From contig CBFFRP010000527.1 of assembly GCA_965644295.1 (NCBI GenBank), positions 22,321-86,320 of the forward strand: 64,000 nt of DNA. The letters run 5' to 3'. Each line of letters starts with the position of its first letter. Position 1 is the first letter of the stretch. The stretch is from Paraphysomonas bandaiensis (taxonomy: Eukaryota > Protista > Chrysophyceae). The notes beneath the pieces were generated by a model. That model was not told where the DNA came from. It ran no database searches and saw only the letters and a list, made by a program, of their open reading frames with translations. Below, piece after piece: positions 35,150 through 47,251 of this stretch. The translations under genes and the position numbers were made by a program.

Positions 35150-37735
35150 ACCAGCAGTGAATGTCTTATTATTAGCAATAGGCAGTCTATCAATAACGAA
35201 TTATAATTATTAATCTCAATACTGCACAAAATATTCATGTACCATCTGTTTTCTCAGAAACATCAGGTTATCATTTCTTCAGTCACTCCTATATAGTCAT
35301 ACCCTCATTGAAAATCTGATTATTAAGAAGCGCAAGCTTGTGCGTTGCCGCGACCAACCTAACAACTCGCGCGACACTATGCATAACATGACTCTCATCT
35401 AGTTACTATTGCATGCACCGACAAGTGCTCAACTATACAACACGATTTAGTTAGCTACATGGGCATACGACGAGTTGCGTGTTTAAGCCGGATCATACGC
35501 TCCTGCCCAATCTACTTGTCCTAACACAAACAACTTGCGGTCGGTGTCTTCGGCATATGTCTCCTGTATATGCGGCAGATCTTTAGGGCCCTCTTCAAGG
35601 TGGTGTTCACAGCAGCAGGTAGTCTGGAAGGGAGAATAAAGTAGCTCTATAGCGCTGGGTCCTCCCACGGTCACGAAGCGGTCTCACTGGTGCAATTTTG
35701 CACACTGACGCATGAAACAGACATCTACCAAAATCTGTTACAAATTCAAGCTGACTCCAATGTCTTCCCTCCATTGTGTGCACTCATCCAGCACATGCAT
35801 CCACCTTGCACTTTTCTCCCGAGTGACTTACACTAGTAGGAAACCGTGCACCTTCCCCGCTCGGATGAAAACCTACTAAGCAAGAATAACATAAAAGCAC
35901 CACAAATGTACCTGACACTGCTTGGAGAACAGTGCCAGAGCCTTGATATAATCTCAATGACCTGGGTCAGGAGAAACCAAGACTAGGCAGTAGACGTGTG
36001 AGAAGACATGACAGGTCTAATCACATCATTGCCATTGCCATGCATCCATGAGGAAAGTTTGACGCATTACCTCGGTCATTGGCCGCACAGATACCGAATA
36101 ATGTGAACTCATACTCAGCATCAATCACTCAAAGCAAACGCAGGGAGCAAGCAGAATGTTGATATACCTGACATCTGCTGACTTCAGGTGTTTTGAGTTC
36201 TTAAGGTGAACATCCCGGATGCTTAACTTCAGCAGGCAGCCCAATACCCCGGTTACCCTTCTGGTGGGCCCTGTCCCGGATGCCCTTGAGGTGGGCCCAT
36301 TCCCGGATGCCTGTTTATTCGTCAGGGCCCAAAGACGTCTACACAAGTGACACTTATTAGTGTCCCTTGTACCACACAAGCATTTGGCTATGAGTGGGCA
36401 GAACAATATATCTGCTGACTATATAATATGCGGCTCACGTTAGTTTCCCGGAGAAATATCTCCGGTACTTATCCCCCAGAACACCACGAAAAGGTGCGAG
36501 TCCGACTTTGTTGAGGGAGTCATACCCTCAACAAAGTCGGACCCACACCTTTTCACGGTGTTCTGGTATGTCACCGAGAAACTAACGTGAGCCGCATATA
36601 TAGTTATCAGATTTTGTTCTGCCCACTCATAGCCAAATGCTTGTGTGGTAGAAGGGACACTAAAATAAGTGTCATTCCTGTAGACGACTTTGAACCCTGA
36701 CAAATAAGTAAACATCGGGGAATGGGCCCACCTCAAGAACATCCGGGGTACAGGGCTGTCCTCACTGAAGTCAAGCATCCGAGCTAGTTCACCTTAAGAA
36801 CACAAAAATCAGCAGATACCAACATTCTGTTTGCTCACTGCGTTTGCTTTGAGTGATAGAGTTAAAGCGGAGGTGGTCGCACCTTGGTGCCTGCGATGAC
36901 GCACAAGCAGCTTTCGTAGCGTCGAATAGTACGATATTAGTATTAGATTTCTGTTTAGGATTAACACTAACATGCCTATTGCTAAATAACCAGACATAAT
37001 ATAATTATAGTCATACATCAATAACTGAATTTGCTTTCTTGTAGCAGTGCATGTCTTATTATTAGCAATAGGTGTTTAAGAGTCAGAACTAATTTAGCAA
37101 AACAATTTAACTAACTAGTGCTTAACTCTCTCTATATATAATGTCAGATTAGAAATACATTCACCCGTTACAACTATGAGGTAATTTCACCTGTTGTACA
37201 CTATATAAACTCACTTACTTCTATTGCACAATATATATTGCATCGTACTGCAGAAATCAACAGCACATATTTCCTATTGTTAAATATTTTGTTTGAGACT
37301 GTGCTTCAAAGGTATTAGAATTATGACTGTTAATGGAAGAATACAGAAGTGGTTAACTGTAATGTTTGGACTAATGTTGTGATAGCAACCATAGAAGTGG
37401 AACTGAAGTATATTGACCGTATAAGATAGGTGGCGTTGATTATAGTGTTTTCAATTTATAATTCCAGCATACAACACTAAATCCTACATTCACCTGAAGT
37501 CCATAGATGTCAGGTATATGGTATATCATATATCAACATTCTGCTTTCTCACAGCGTTTGCTTTGAGTGATAGAGCGAAAGGGGTTGCACTTTGGTGCTT
37601 GCGGTGACGCACAAGCAGCATTCGTAGCGTTAAATAATAGGATAATCAGAGTTAGGCACTTTTCAGTTAAATTGTTTTGCTACATTAGTTCTGACGTTTA
37701 CACGCCTATTGCTAGTATCAGGCATTCACCACTAC
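35150..37735. mobile_element. Second nest of the same dispersed repeat family, copies in both orientations
   Basis: Direct pieces 35150-35351, 36124-36517 and 37041-37132; inverted pieces 36525-36995 and about 37490-37735. They share modules with 11850-12700. Confidence 0.75.
35352..36120 (-). pseudogene. Decayed MULE/MuDR-like transposase fragment
   Basis: Minus strand reads STCRCMQ**LDESHVMHSVA, restorable to SWIM-like TCRCMQWQLDESPCMHS. Upstream RDRG...CCEHHL resembles the MULE D..CxxH region. Many stops and frameshifts. Confidence 0.4.
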
Positions 37736-37952
37736 ATTATATACATATTTCCACTGCTCAAACTTCTGGGACAATTAATTTTAGTTCGATTCGAAGAGTT
37801 TCCCTGCTGTTACTAAAGGGTATAGTTCAAGTAAAATATATTGTAGAGCTCAAATCAAGGCTAATCTACTTAGATTACCACCTAATGATTTCTGAATCAA
37901 CAGCATTCCACTTGACAATGAAACAAGGTACTTCTGTAAACTACAACATTTG

Positions 37953-38859
37953 CTAGTCCGACTTATGATTGTACTCAAACTCATTGTATTTCTTCGAACG
38001 AAACCTCTGTACATGTGTCTTTATGTCATTCATGAAGCCCACCTATACATCACAAACGTCAACACCACAACACTCTAAAATGCAACAATGACATTGCGTG
38101 GTAGAGCATATAATAACTTGGAACTGGGAATTACTACTTCCGTTTCGTTATACAACTACAGGAATATATATCGTTCATAACCTGGTCGAATTCGCCTTCT
38201 CCGGTAAAGTACTTTCCAACATACATCTTTCCTACAGAAGAAATTTACAAAATTACAACCTGAACAATGTAAGCACCTGTTGTTCGCTGTGTCGAATTAT
38301 CGACGTTAGGGCGAATTGTCACAGTATAATACTCCTGAAATTTCGGAAACTTTGCATCGACTTTAAATGAAGTACTCTCATCGCCCTAAACCCACTTTCA
38401 GATATATATTGATATACATATTTATACTTACATTTCGTGGAAGTGTTGTTGCAATTGTGTCTTTGTCGACAAATGTTATAATATACTGTAGGATTGTACT
38501 AAGAACAAAGTAACTAATAAAAAAAACAAAGTTATAAAATAATGAATTCATATCATCTACATTTACCTGAAACAACAAACTCCTAATAGAGGTCTGCTTT
38601 CAGGGAATGGAAGTGGATAGAATTGTGCTATCATAGCAAACAAACATGATACAAACATTAAACCAAGTTTAATATTATCACTGGTATAGTTGATATCATA
38701 TCCGTTTTCTTTAAGCTGTATATATATATATATATATGAGTTGTATGTATGTATGTATGTATGTATGAATCTACTCACTGCTTCAACTGTGGATTCATCT
38801 AATACTTGTTTAACTTTAATACTATCACCTGTTTCAATCTTTTGAATCATATCTGTCAT
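37953..38859 (-). CDS. SPCS2: Signal peptidase complex subunit 2 (SPC25 family), multi-exon
   Basis: IETGDSIKVKQVLDE; DNIKLGLM..AQFYPLPFPESR; YFVLSTILQY..DKD; FPKFQEYY; VGKYFTGEGEF; ends EYNHKSD*. Confidence 0.88.
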
Positions 38860-40472
38860 GTTGATATTAATGTCTTCTATATTTAAGGTTATGGTGTAAT
38901 AATCTTATATATATATGTGTGTTTATAGTATAGCCATATAATCATAGGCAGATGGCAGTGTGTACCTCTACATACATACATACGGTACATACTGCTGTTT
39001 GTATAGCAGTCGGCAACCTCATACTCTTGTACAGAAGTAGAGTATGTATGTATATTACAGGAGTAGGAATGTACTGCTGTATACAGTACTGTACAGCAGT
39101 GTGTAGATTGGTACGTACCACCAAACTAGTGTATACCGATATATTTATGTACAGCAGTAGGGCGTGGAATACGACATAATATAATCCAGGTACGGTGCGT
39201 TGTAGCCCATGGTTTCTAAACGGCAATCTCTGATTGGTTGACTATTCATTTTGACTGGCTGAATTGGTGCAACGTATTCATACTTACAGTCCTTATGTAT
39301 GAAGCGCACTGGAGATGGTATTGGTAAGGAGTAAGGATATATTCGTTTGTAGCATCCATTTCCTAAAATTTTGGTTATCTTAATATATTGTGTGGTTGTC
39401 ATTTATACCAGGCCATCATCATTGTTGTTCTGGGGCGCCTTGGAGTACATAGTGCATAGAGAAGCCGTTTATACTTCATAGTAACTATTATTTCTTTAGT
39501 TAGTTATTATTTTAGAAGAATCTCTCAGGTCCCAACCAAAGTTTATTACAATTTCTATACGAGTGTTCAGATAATTAAATGACTACATTATATATATGAG
39601 GTATTGCAATTAGATCTCTTTCCATTTTACCCAGCATCGTATCATGAAAACGCTGAGTTGTCCCTTCAAAAAAATAGCGCATATCTAATTAGATACAATT
39701 GAAAAAACAATCGAACATCTGTTCTTAATTCCTGATTATCGTATTATTACATCATTACTTAATAACACACAGAATGTGCGTGCAAATCGGCATCTTTGGG
39801 ATGAAATTGTCGTTCAAAAGTACCATTCGAAAAAATAATAGAATTACAGGTAATTAATAGACAACAAGTGTATATTAATGCAATGTTGATAGTTGGATGC
39901 TTGATATATTATAATTTCAGTTATTACTGTTGGATACCTCTCACCAGCTTATAGCCAATTTATTGTTATGTAAGCCTGATGTCTACTTATACACATACTA
40001 AACGAGCTACCCACGTATATATACCGGTACATTACCGTATACTTTTCAATTCAACTCTTTTCCTAACTGCATACTATACAGTGGGGTATAACCTACAACA
40101 ACATTATACTGTCATATATTTTACCTACAACTCAAATCTTCAGTAATGTGACGTATACAAGAATCGCCACAATAGTATTTGTTCAGCTTTTATGTACACA
40201 TCATATCAAGAGTGAATTTTAGAAAGCTTCTATACAGCAGTGTTCAATAAATAATATTTATATTTCCCATTTACATTGTCTGACGTTGTTGAAGCGCATA
40301 AGATATTCTACATATAAGTTCATAATTATCAACAACTTATCTGGGTATATCTGGTTCTTTCCTGGCCGAAGCATGGAGAAACGAGGATCGCAATAAAACT
40401 ACCTATTTTAGGCTGAATACACACTCAATAAAAGCCGCACGCACATTGTAATATAATCATCAGTTCTCGTTT

Positions 40473-42338
40473 CTATACAACACCGCTTAATGTTGCTGCT
40501 ACATTGATGTCAGCCTCTTCTAATGCTTTAGTAGATATCTTGGTTCCCATAACATACACAGGTTTTATGTATTCTTCGGTTGCTTGGGCTTTTTGCGCTA
40601 ATTTTTCTTCTTTCGCTTCTTTGCGCTTCATGTCCATCACCGTCGACACCATCTCACTGATAAGAATTGAGTTATTCTGTTCATACTCTTTGATACGCTG
40701 AAACCAATCCTCTCTGTCTTCTCCTGATAGTGGAAGAAGGTCCAGAGACTTAAGTAGGTCGAACTTGACATTATGTTCTTCAATGTTAATCTGAAGGCGT
40801 TGATGTTTCATACTGATCCCCATAAACTGTCGTAGTGAATGGGCAGTCCATGACACCTTGGCCTCAGTTCCCTTGGCAGCAGCAGCTTTAGCAGCGGCCA
40901 ATTTGTTGCGTTCCAGCATAGGCAAGTGAGGAGTCTCGCCAATGCACCACCCGGGGTTATGGAGGGACCCTTTCAGATCATGTATGAGAGCATTACCTTG
41001 AGTGGTGCCTTGACAAATACTTTGCCATCCACCCTTGGTGTCAGATATCTGTTGCCAGCCTTCAGGACTGCGGCTGAGTGCTTGAAGCATTTTCAGTGCT
41101 TCAAGTTGAATAATCTCTTCGCTGTAGAGAGCCCTCAAGGCTCCAATAACCAGAGGAACCGCCTTTTTTCGGACAAGGTAATCAAGGGCAGGAGAGTGAA
41201 TGGACGACACTCGAGTGAGAAATAACATTGCTGGAGCAAGGATAAGAGAGTTATTCATGTGTCTTTCCATGCATTTTAAAATAACTTTCGCAGCACCCAG
41301 CTCATACAGATGAACAACACGGGAGTTAGTGCTCGAGACCCAGTTGAACAATTTTAATACGCACCGAAGTATATTCACATTTTTGGAATATTTACGGCAA
41401 TATAACATGAAGTATGAAAGCATGCGCCGTTCCAAAATTTCGACTCGGCACTCTTCGCTACGACTTGCTTGTAGAACGCCCGCAGTGCAGTGCTCCACCA
41501 TTTCGACATTACTCATGTGACGGTGACCCATAGCGAATACAACATTTAGAACGGTGGTATCCTTAATAAGAGCATCTCTGGTAAAATTACAGTCTAACAA
41601 TTGACGCAAAATAGCCAGTGCACAAAGCTGAATATCAAAATTATTTCGATGCCTATTTTGGGCTTCAATGGCTAATCGCACGCCATTATGACGATACACT
41701 TGAATGCAGCCTTCTCCTGACAACGAGTGAGCGTGGAGAAGCTTCATACCCTTGGCTGCAGTGGGTTCATCAGCTATATTTTTATACACCCATGAAACAA
41801 GCATTAAGACGTTATAGGCACTGTCCGCAGAGTCGGTCTCTCGCAATGTTTTCTCTTCCAAGTCTTCTTTTTCTAATGAGCTAAACTCAGCGTTTTCTCG
41901 GCGCTCCCACGGCCCACGACGTGTTTCTGCTACAAATTTAGCATATTCTTCCGCCTTTCTCTTTTGTATTTCCAAATCTTCAAGCTCTTTAGCGAAAGCC
42001 TCTCGAGCTTCCAGACTGGGACAGTATAAAGAATGTCGTGCAGTATGACCGCAACATGTCCATATTCCAGTATACTTTACTGGTCTTCCTATTTTATATT
42101 CTTTCTTACGCCATGATCCATTGTGTAATAGATGGTAATTAGGATTCACACTTGATACTTCTGATTCATTAATAGTAGAATCATCTGGACCTCCTTCCAA
42201 TGTAGAGATATGCTCATCAGCATCATCAGCATGCTCATAGCCATCATCAGCATCATCTACATGCTCATAGGCATCATCGGCATGCTCATCGACATCATCT
42301 ATATCTGTATTATGTTCCATATCAAGATTCTTCTCCAT
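40473..42338 (-). CDS. Armadillo-like helical repeat protein with acidic N-terminal repeats and a BTK-type zinc-finger-like motif
   Basis: 621-aa ORF with DEHADD repeats, HNG..GIWTCCG..YC, a coiled coil, and ARM-like segments (GAAKVILKCMERHMNN, AVPLVIGALRALYS). Confidence 0.7.
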   Translation of the reverse strand: MEKNLDMEHNTDIDDVDEHADDAYEHVDDADDGYEHADDADEHISTLEGGPDDSTINESEVSSVNPNYHLLHNGSWRKKEYKIGRPVKYTGIWTCCGHTARHSLYCPSLEAREAFAKELEDLEIQKRKAEEYAKFVAETRRGPWERRENAEFSSLEKEDLEEKTLRETDSADSAYNVLMLVSWVYKNIADEPTAAKGMKLLHAHSLSGEGCIQVYRHNGVRLAIEAQNRHRNNFDIQLCALAILRQLLDCNFTRDALIKDTTVLNVVFAMGHRHMSNVEMVEHCTAGVLQASRSEECRVEILERRMLSYFMLYCRKYSKNVNILRCVLKLFNWVSSTNSRVVHLYELGAAKVILKCMERHMNNSLILAPAMLFLTRVSSIHSPALDYLVRKKAVPLVIGALRALYSEEIIQLEALKMLQALSRSPEGWQQISDTKGGWQSICQGTTQGNALIHDLKGSLHNPGWCIGETPHLPMLERNKLAAAKAAAAKGTEAKVSWTAHSLRQFMGISMKHQRLQINIEEHNVKFDLLKSLDLLPLSGEDREDWFQRIKEYEQNNSILISEMVSTVMDMKRKEAKEEKLAQKAQATEEYIKPVYVMGTKISTKALEEADINVAATLSGVV

Positions 42339-42724
42339 AGGAATGAATATTTATCTTATAGGATGTATATATAGTGGTAATGTGATGAGTCTGATTGACA
42401 TCTTCGTATATAAGAACAGTACAGTAACAGAAACAAGTGGAGAACTCTATACTGTACTCTATATATACGTATGTACAGTATACCAGGTATATGTATATCG
42501 TATGTATACGAGCTGTATGTGTGTGTACTTGTGTACTTGTACATATACGTTAGGCCATAATACCCATATATGCATATGTACATCCTCTGTGTACGTGGTA
42601 CCTACCTATACTGTATATACAGTAGGTAGGTATACCATACAGCAGTACATGTATATAGCATACATATATATGTGCACTGCTCGTGGCTATACATTCAAAC
42701 AGCAGTGAGTGTCACAATATCAGA

Positions 42725-43952
42725 ATGTATTTAATAGTTTTCTATGGGGTTTATATATCAATATGGTTCACATCTGTTGCTGCAGGCATTATCCTTAATG
42801 AAACTATTCATCTGGATACACATAGCGACGGCTCACTCATCACCACACAGTTCCTTCTACATGAAGAGGATCACACTGATGATATTATAAGACAGTTTTG
42901 TTGGGAACATCAAGTATTAGTACCTGCTTGTCAAACACTACATTCATCCATACATTCCCGTGTATCTGGACACAAGAAGGGCACACAGCAGCATCATATG
43001 CCTGTTGTATCCGCTATCGAATTAGCTGAAGTGAAACTGAATATAGGGGATATGATTGGATATAAGCTACTCCAGCACTATGGGATGCAGAAATCTGTAG
43101 CTGTTCGAAGAATAGGTTTATCTGCTGTTTCATATCAGCGGGACACATATAGAAGTGTGTTCTGTGGAGATTTTGAGGTTCATAATGCTGTGGGAATTGT
43201 AGGAAGCATATTGCAGTGGATAGAAACCGTTGAACTGGATTCGAGTGGTCTAAACATTACTGTTATTGGTCTGGGCTACATAGAAGCCTCTAATGAGATG
43301 TCTTCTTGTGGGCACATAACGTATAAGGGTGTGAGAGGTCCTCTCACACAAGATATAGTTCGAAGTAGATGTGGACAAGTCCCTGCAATAATATCTGATC
43401 CTGGCCTGTTAATATCCAGACTTTTTGTGCTTCCCACTGTTAGACATCAACATCAAAGAGATGTTGGTACGTCAAAGTTACTTGTTCTATATTCACTTAA
43501 TTTTGTTGAATGACGTAGGATTCGTCATTCATGAATCTGACAGAGAAAAGTTCTTTTCGTTATTTCCTCACTATCGAGAATACCTCATAGACAATCACAA
43601 CGGCGACATGCAATTATTTGTTCAGCAAATGAGCATGTATAAACGTGTGGTTAGCTCAAGCTTGCACGGAATAGTTTTCTCTCATGCTTATAGTATTCCT
43701 GTTTGCGCTATTAAGGTGGACAGCCGTATTATTGGTGGTGAATTTAAGTATAGAGATTACTATCACTCTATTGGATACACTCAGTATACACGCCGGTTAT
43801 CGTTGGAAGAAATTGGTGACTTCTCACTGTCTGGATTTTCGGCTATTGTAGATAATTGTTGGCAGCCTGATAGAATCAAAATAGAACGTGTGAAGTCAAT
43901 GCAAGAGTCTATGATAATGGACTATTTCGAAAACTATCATGATGCGTATTAA
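42725..43952 (+). CDS. Polysaccharide pyruvyltransferase-like protein (ExoV/GumL type), secreted, one intron at about 43467-43518
   Basis: Signal-like N-terminus; NIGD, VGSIL, GVRGPLT, DPGLL, SSSLHGIVFSHAYSIP, FKYRDYY. A GTACGT..TAG intron joins the two ORFs in frame. Confidence 0.8.
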
Positions 43953-45089
43953 ATTCCTAGATTGTGAAGCGTTTGTTTTACCACAGTATTGGCGCTTCAC
44001 TTAATTAGCAGATGTGCAAATAAAAGAAAGTTTTAAATAGTTGAAGTATAAACTTCGCTTCCGTAGTTTCCCTCTTGAATGAATGGATATCACATCGCAT
44101 GCATGCATATCCACACACTTAGTACAATGTATCGACATGTTACATCTGTAATCTCTAATCATTATTTACGATTCATCAAGTCAATACCTTGTAGTTCAAC
44201 TAAAATACATAAACTATTTATAGCAGGACTGTGGTCTGACATTTTGTACAACACACTATTTACTAATTACCCGGTCCTTGCTGTGGTGTAATTACAGGTA
44301 GCTAGCCATTGGTACCGAATGCTGACTTTCATATGACGTGACAAAAAGGATCTAATGTGTGTAAACAGTGTGCTCACAGCCCATATTTGATTTTCATGGA
44401 CGACAAGGACATATCCTTCTAACAGTATTCTAATGATTCTACGACTCTACCAACAAGATAGGTTCAAAATTATAGCAGAGTCTTATATCTCAACCTTAGG
44501 TTCCTCTTCCATAATAATAAACATGTTTGCAGCTACTGACTAACTACCAGTAAATTCCAACATGAAGAAAATTGCATCTAATTTCCAATAATTAGCAATA
44601 TACTACCTACGATTCCCAGGCCAAAGGAATGACCTTCATTCACTTTCTATTCCAATACATCAGACAAAGTACAATGGATTCATCATCAATATGTAAGGGA
44701 AGATACATTTAGTACTTCATTGTTGTTGACGAAAAATGCATGTAGTTCTAATGCAATATAGACTCACAAATGCATGTGTATGAGTAAACTGAATTCGGTG
44801 TAATACATTCAATATACAATGATAACAACAATGTAGAATACGTAAAGTATAACTGTATTACTGAAATACCCGCAATTTTCCAGCAAAATTCTCCAACCTT
44901 GCTCATTTTAAAGCTCCATGAATATCGTTAATCATTGTCTCCATGATTACTCCTTTTCTCTTTGTTTCTGTTTACATCAATTCTTATATCAGTTGCAAGC
45001 ACATCTTATCATACGCTGCCTATTACATTCACCAACTGTTCCATCATATGGTCTGTATGCTTCATGCTGATGTTCAGTTCCTGCCCTGT

Positions 45090-46625
45090 TTATTTGAAAT
45101 TCGAAGCGAAGAACTTCTCCAGGTGGCAGAAGAAGTGCTGCGCATGGTTCTATCGCAAGCCAAAGATCGTTTATCCTAACCCTAAACGATCATCATCCAA
45201 TCGAACCTGACGATTTTCAATATCGACTAAACGTATATTACAATGAAGGTAAGAACTATCTATGGTCTGTCATTTCGAGCTCTATCATTGGTTAAAATAA
45301 AGAGGCCAAAACGTACTATAGTGCTATATATCTATGTATAACAAAGTTCTGTTGACTAATTAAAAATACTTACAAGCGATAATGAACAAAACTTCTGGCA
45401 CATTCGCTAGTAATAGTGCAGAATCAGCTACACCTGTGTCCACCCACCACTCCTAAGTTAGTGGGTTTCTCAATATAATCCCACCTCGAAGTACTGTCAA
45501 TTTTACTGGAAGGGATATAAGCTCTTGGGAAAAGATTCAACAAATGAAGAACTCGTCGGAAAAACAAGTCATCCCCAGGGGAAAATTCCAATTCAGGAAA
45601 GTAAAATTTCAGCTATCATCACGGACACAGAATACCGAAAATGACGGAGGCCACTTCGAACATCAATTTACTAAATATGAAGAGAGAGGACCTTCGATAC
45701 AGAGAGGGCGAGACTTTGAAGGCATGACGTACACCGTAGAAAACGGATCAAATTTAGCATTATGTGAACAAGAAGTAGGAATGGGATCTCTCGATACTGG
45801 TTGCACAGTTTCAATCACACCAGAAGCCAGGTACCTCACGAAATACGTCGAATGTCCCACCGATATATACAAACAGCCAAAAGTCTAGAACATCTATGCC
45901 CTCATCAGGTCATGGAGAACTCGGTATAATTTCGAAATGCAAGCATGTGGACCAAGCTTCTAGAACCCTTATTTTCATCAGCCAATTGGATGATCTCGGA
46001 TACAAAATTGTGTGCGAAAATTAGTCAGTTGAGATAATTAAAGACAGAATATTGCTCCCAAAGGGGAATCGAGTTGGAGGACTTTATGAAATCCCATTAT
46101 CAGATCTCGGGACTTTCATTGACATTTCTCACCTCACTTCAACTGCTTCAGGACAACCTGCAGTCTTAGCACACAAAAGACTTGCACACGCCTCCATAGG
46201 GCTTATACAAAAAAGCAATACAACACACTCTGAATAGGAAGGTATTTTAAAGGGATTGACAAAATATTCAAAGAAAACGAGACCTCCAGGACGATTGAGA
46301 GTTTCAAATACCTCATAGAACTCTTACATGTGGACCCGAATGACAGCCTAACCTACGTAACAACTCATAAAAGTGAGAAAAGGATTAATTGCAGCGTACC
46401 GTGGGATAATAGCGGTGATATCCCACGTATTATTCAACTCGACGAGCCTATACAAGCACCAGACATCGAACGATTTACCAAGGAATACACGGAATCTAGA
46501 GCAGATTCTCGCAAACGTATCAATTCTCGATTTGAAATTTCATTATATAAATCCAGCAAACCAAATCGAGATCCCGATATAGATAACGAATCTCCAGCGC
46601 TAGCCGCCACTTCCAGGGGGAGTAG
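45090..46625 (+). mobile_element. Degenerate, internally deleted Ty1/Copia retrotransposon
   Basis: KFEAKNFSRWQKK (gag N-terminus), LDTGCTVSI (protease), ISQLDDLGY..KGNRVGGLY, LAHKRLAHAS (pre-integrase), and PPT-like AGGGGGAG near 46615. Stops present; no RT seen. Confidence 0.7.
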
Positions 46626-47251
46626 CGTGAATTTAAGACATCATGATGCCGCGCAGGAGAGGGTCAGTACACCTTTGACTTACCTGTAGTATTTATTGGT
46701 TCAAACCTCTTATTGTTCTTACATGTCTTGTTTAAATTGCTCCATGAACATGTGTAGTAATTTACCAATGCCTTCTGTAAGTTCCATGACTAATAATAAT
46801 CTTTAGCAATTGTATTCGATACCAACGGCTACAATTCAAACACTTTTAAGTTACTGTATTTAATTGCTCCCTTTAGGCAAAACTTAACAATGTTCGTAAA
46901 TCGACACATTCTACTCGTTATATTTATTACGTTAAAACATAGATATACGGAATTCAAAGAATACATACGGCGCCAACTAAGCGTAACACATGTAAGAAAT
47001 AGGCACTCTATACATATGCTATTCTAAACTGTCGTGGCTGATGTAGTCCATGATAATACATTAACAGTTTTCAACTGTCGAAAAGTTGTCACAGTATATA
47101 CATGTGATAATCCCACAAAGATCATTGATGGAACTGTTCTAATATGATTCTAAAAGTGATTTTGCTATGAATTCGGCAGTTTAATATGCATGCATGCAGA
47201 CATAGATATATATCAACGTCTATTTTCGCTTATTACAAAGCCTCATAGCGT

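Noticed and set aside
36125-36406. Fanzor/TnpB C-terminus (CLCG..CHLC..RDV..INIL)
   Set aside because: Spacing does not fit the zinc finger/RuvC-III pattern, no RuvC-I or RuvC-II is seen, and the frame is not conserved between copies.
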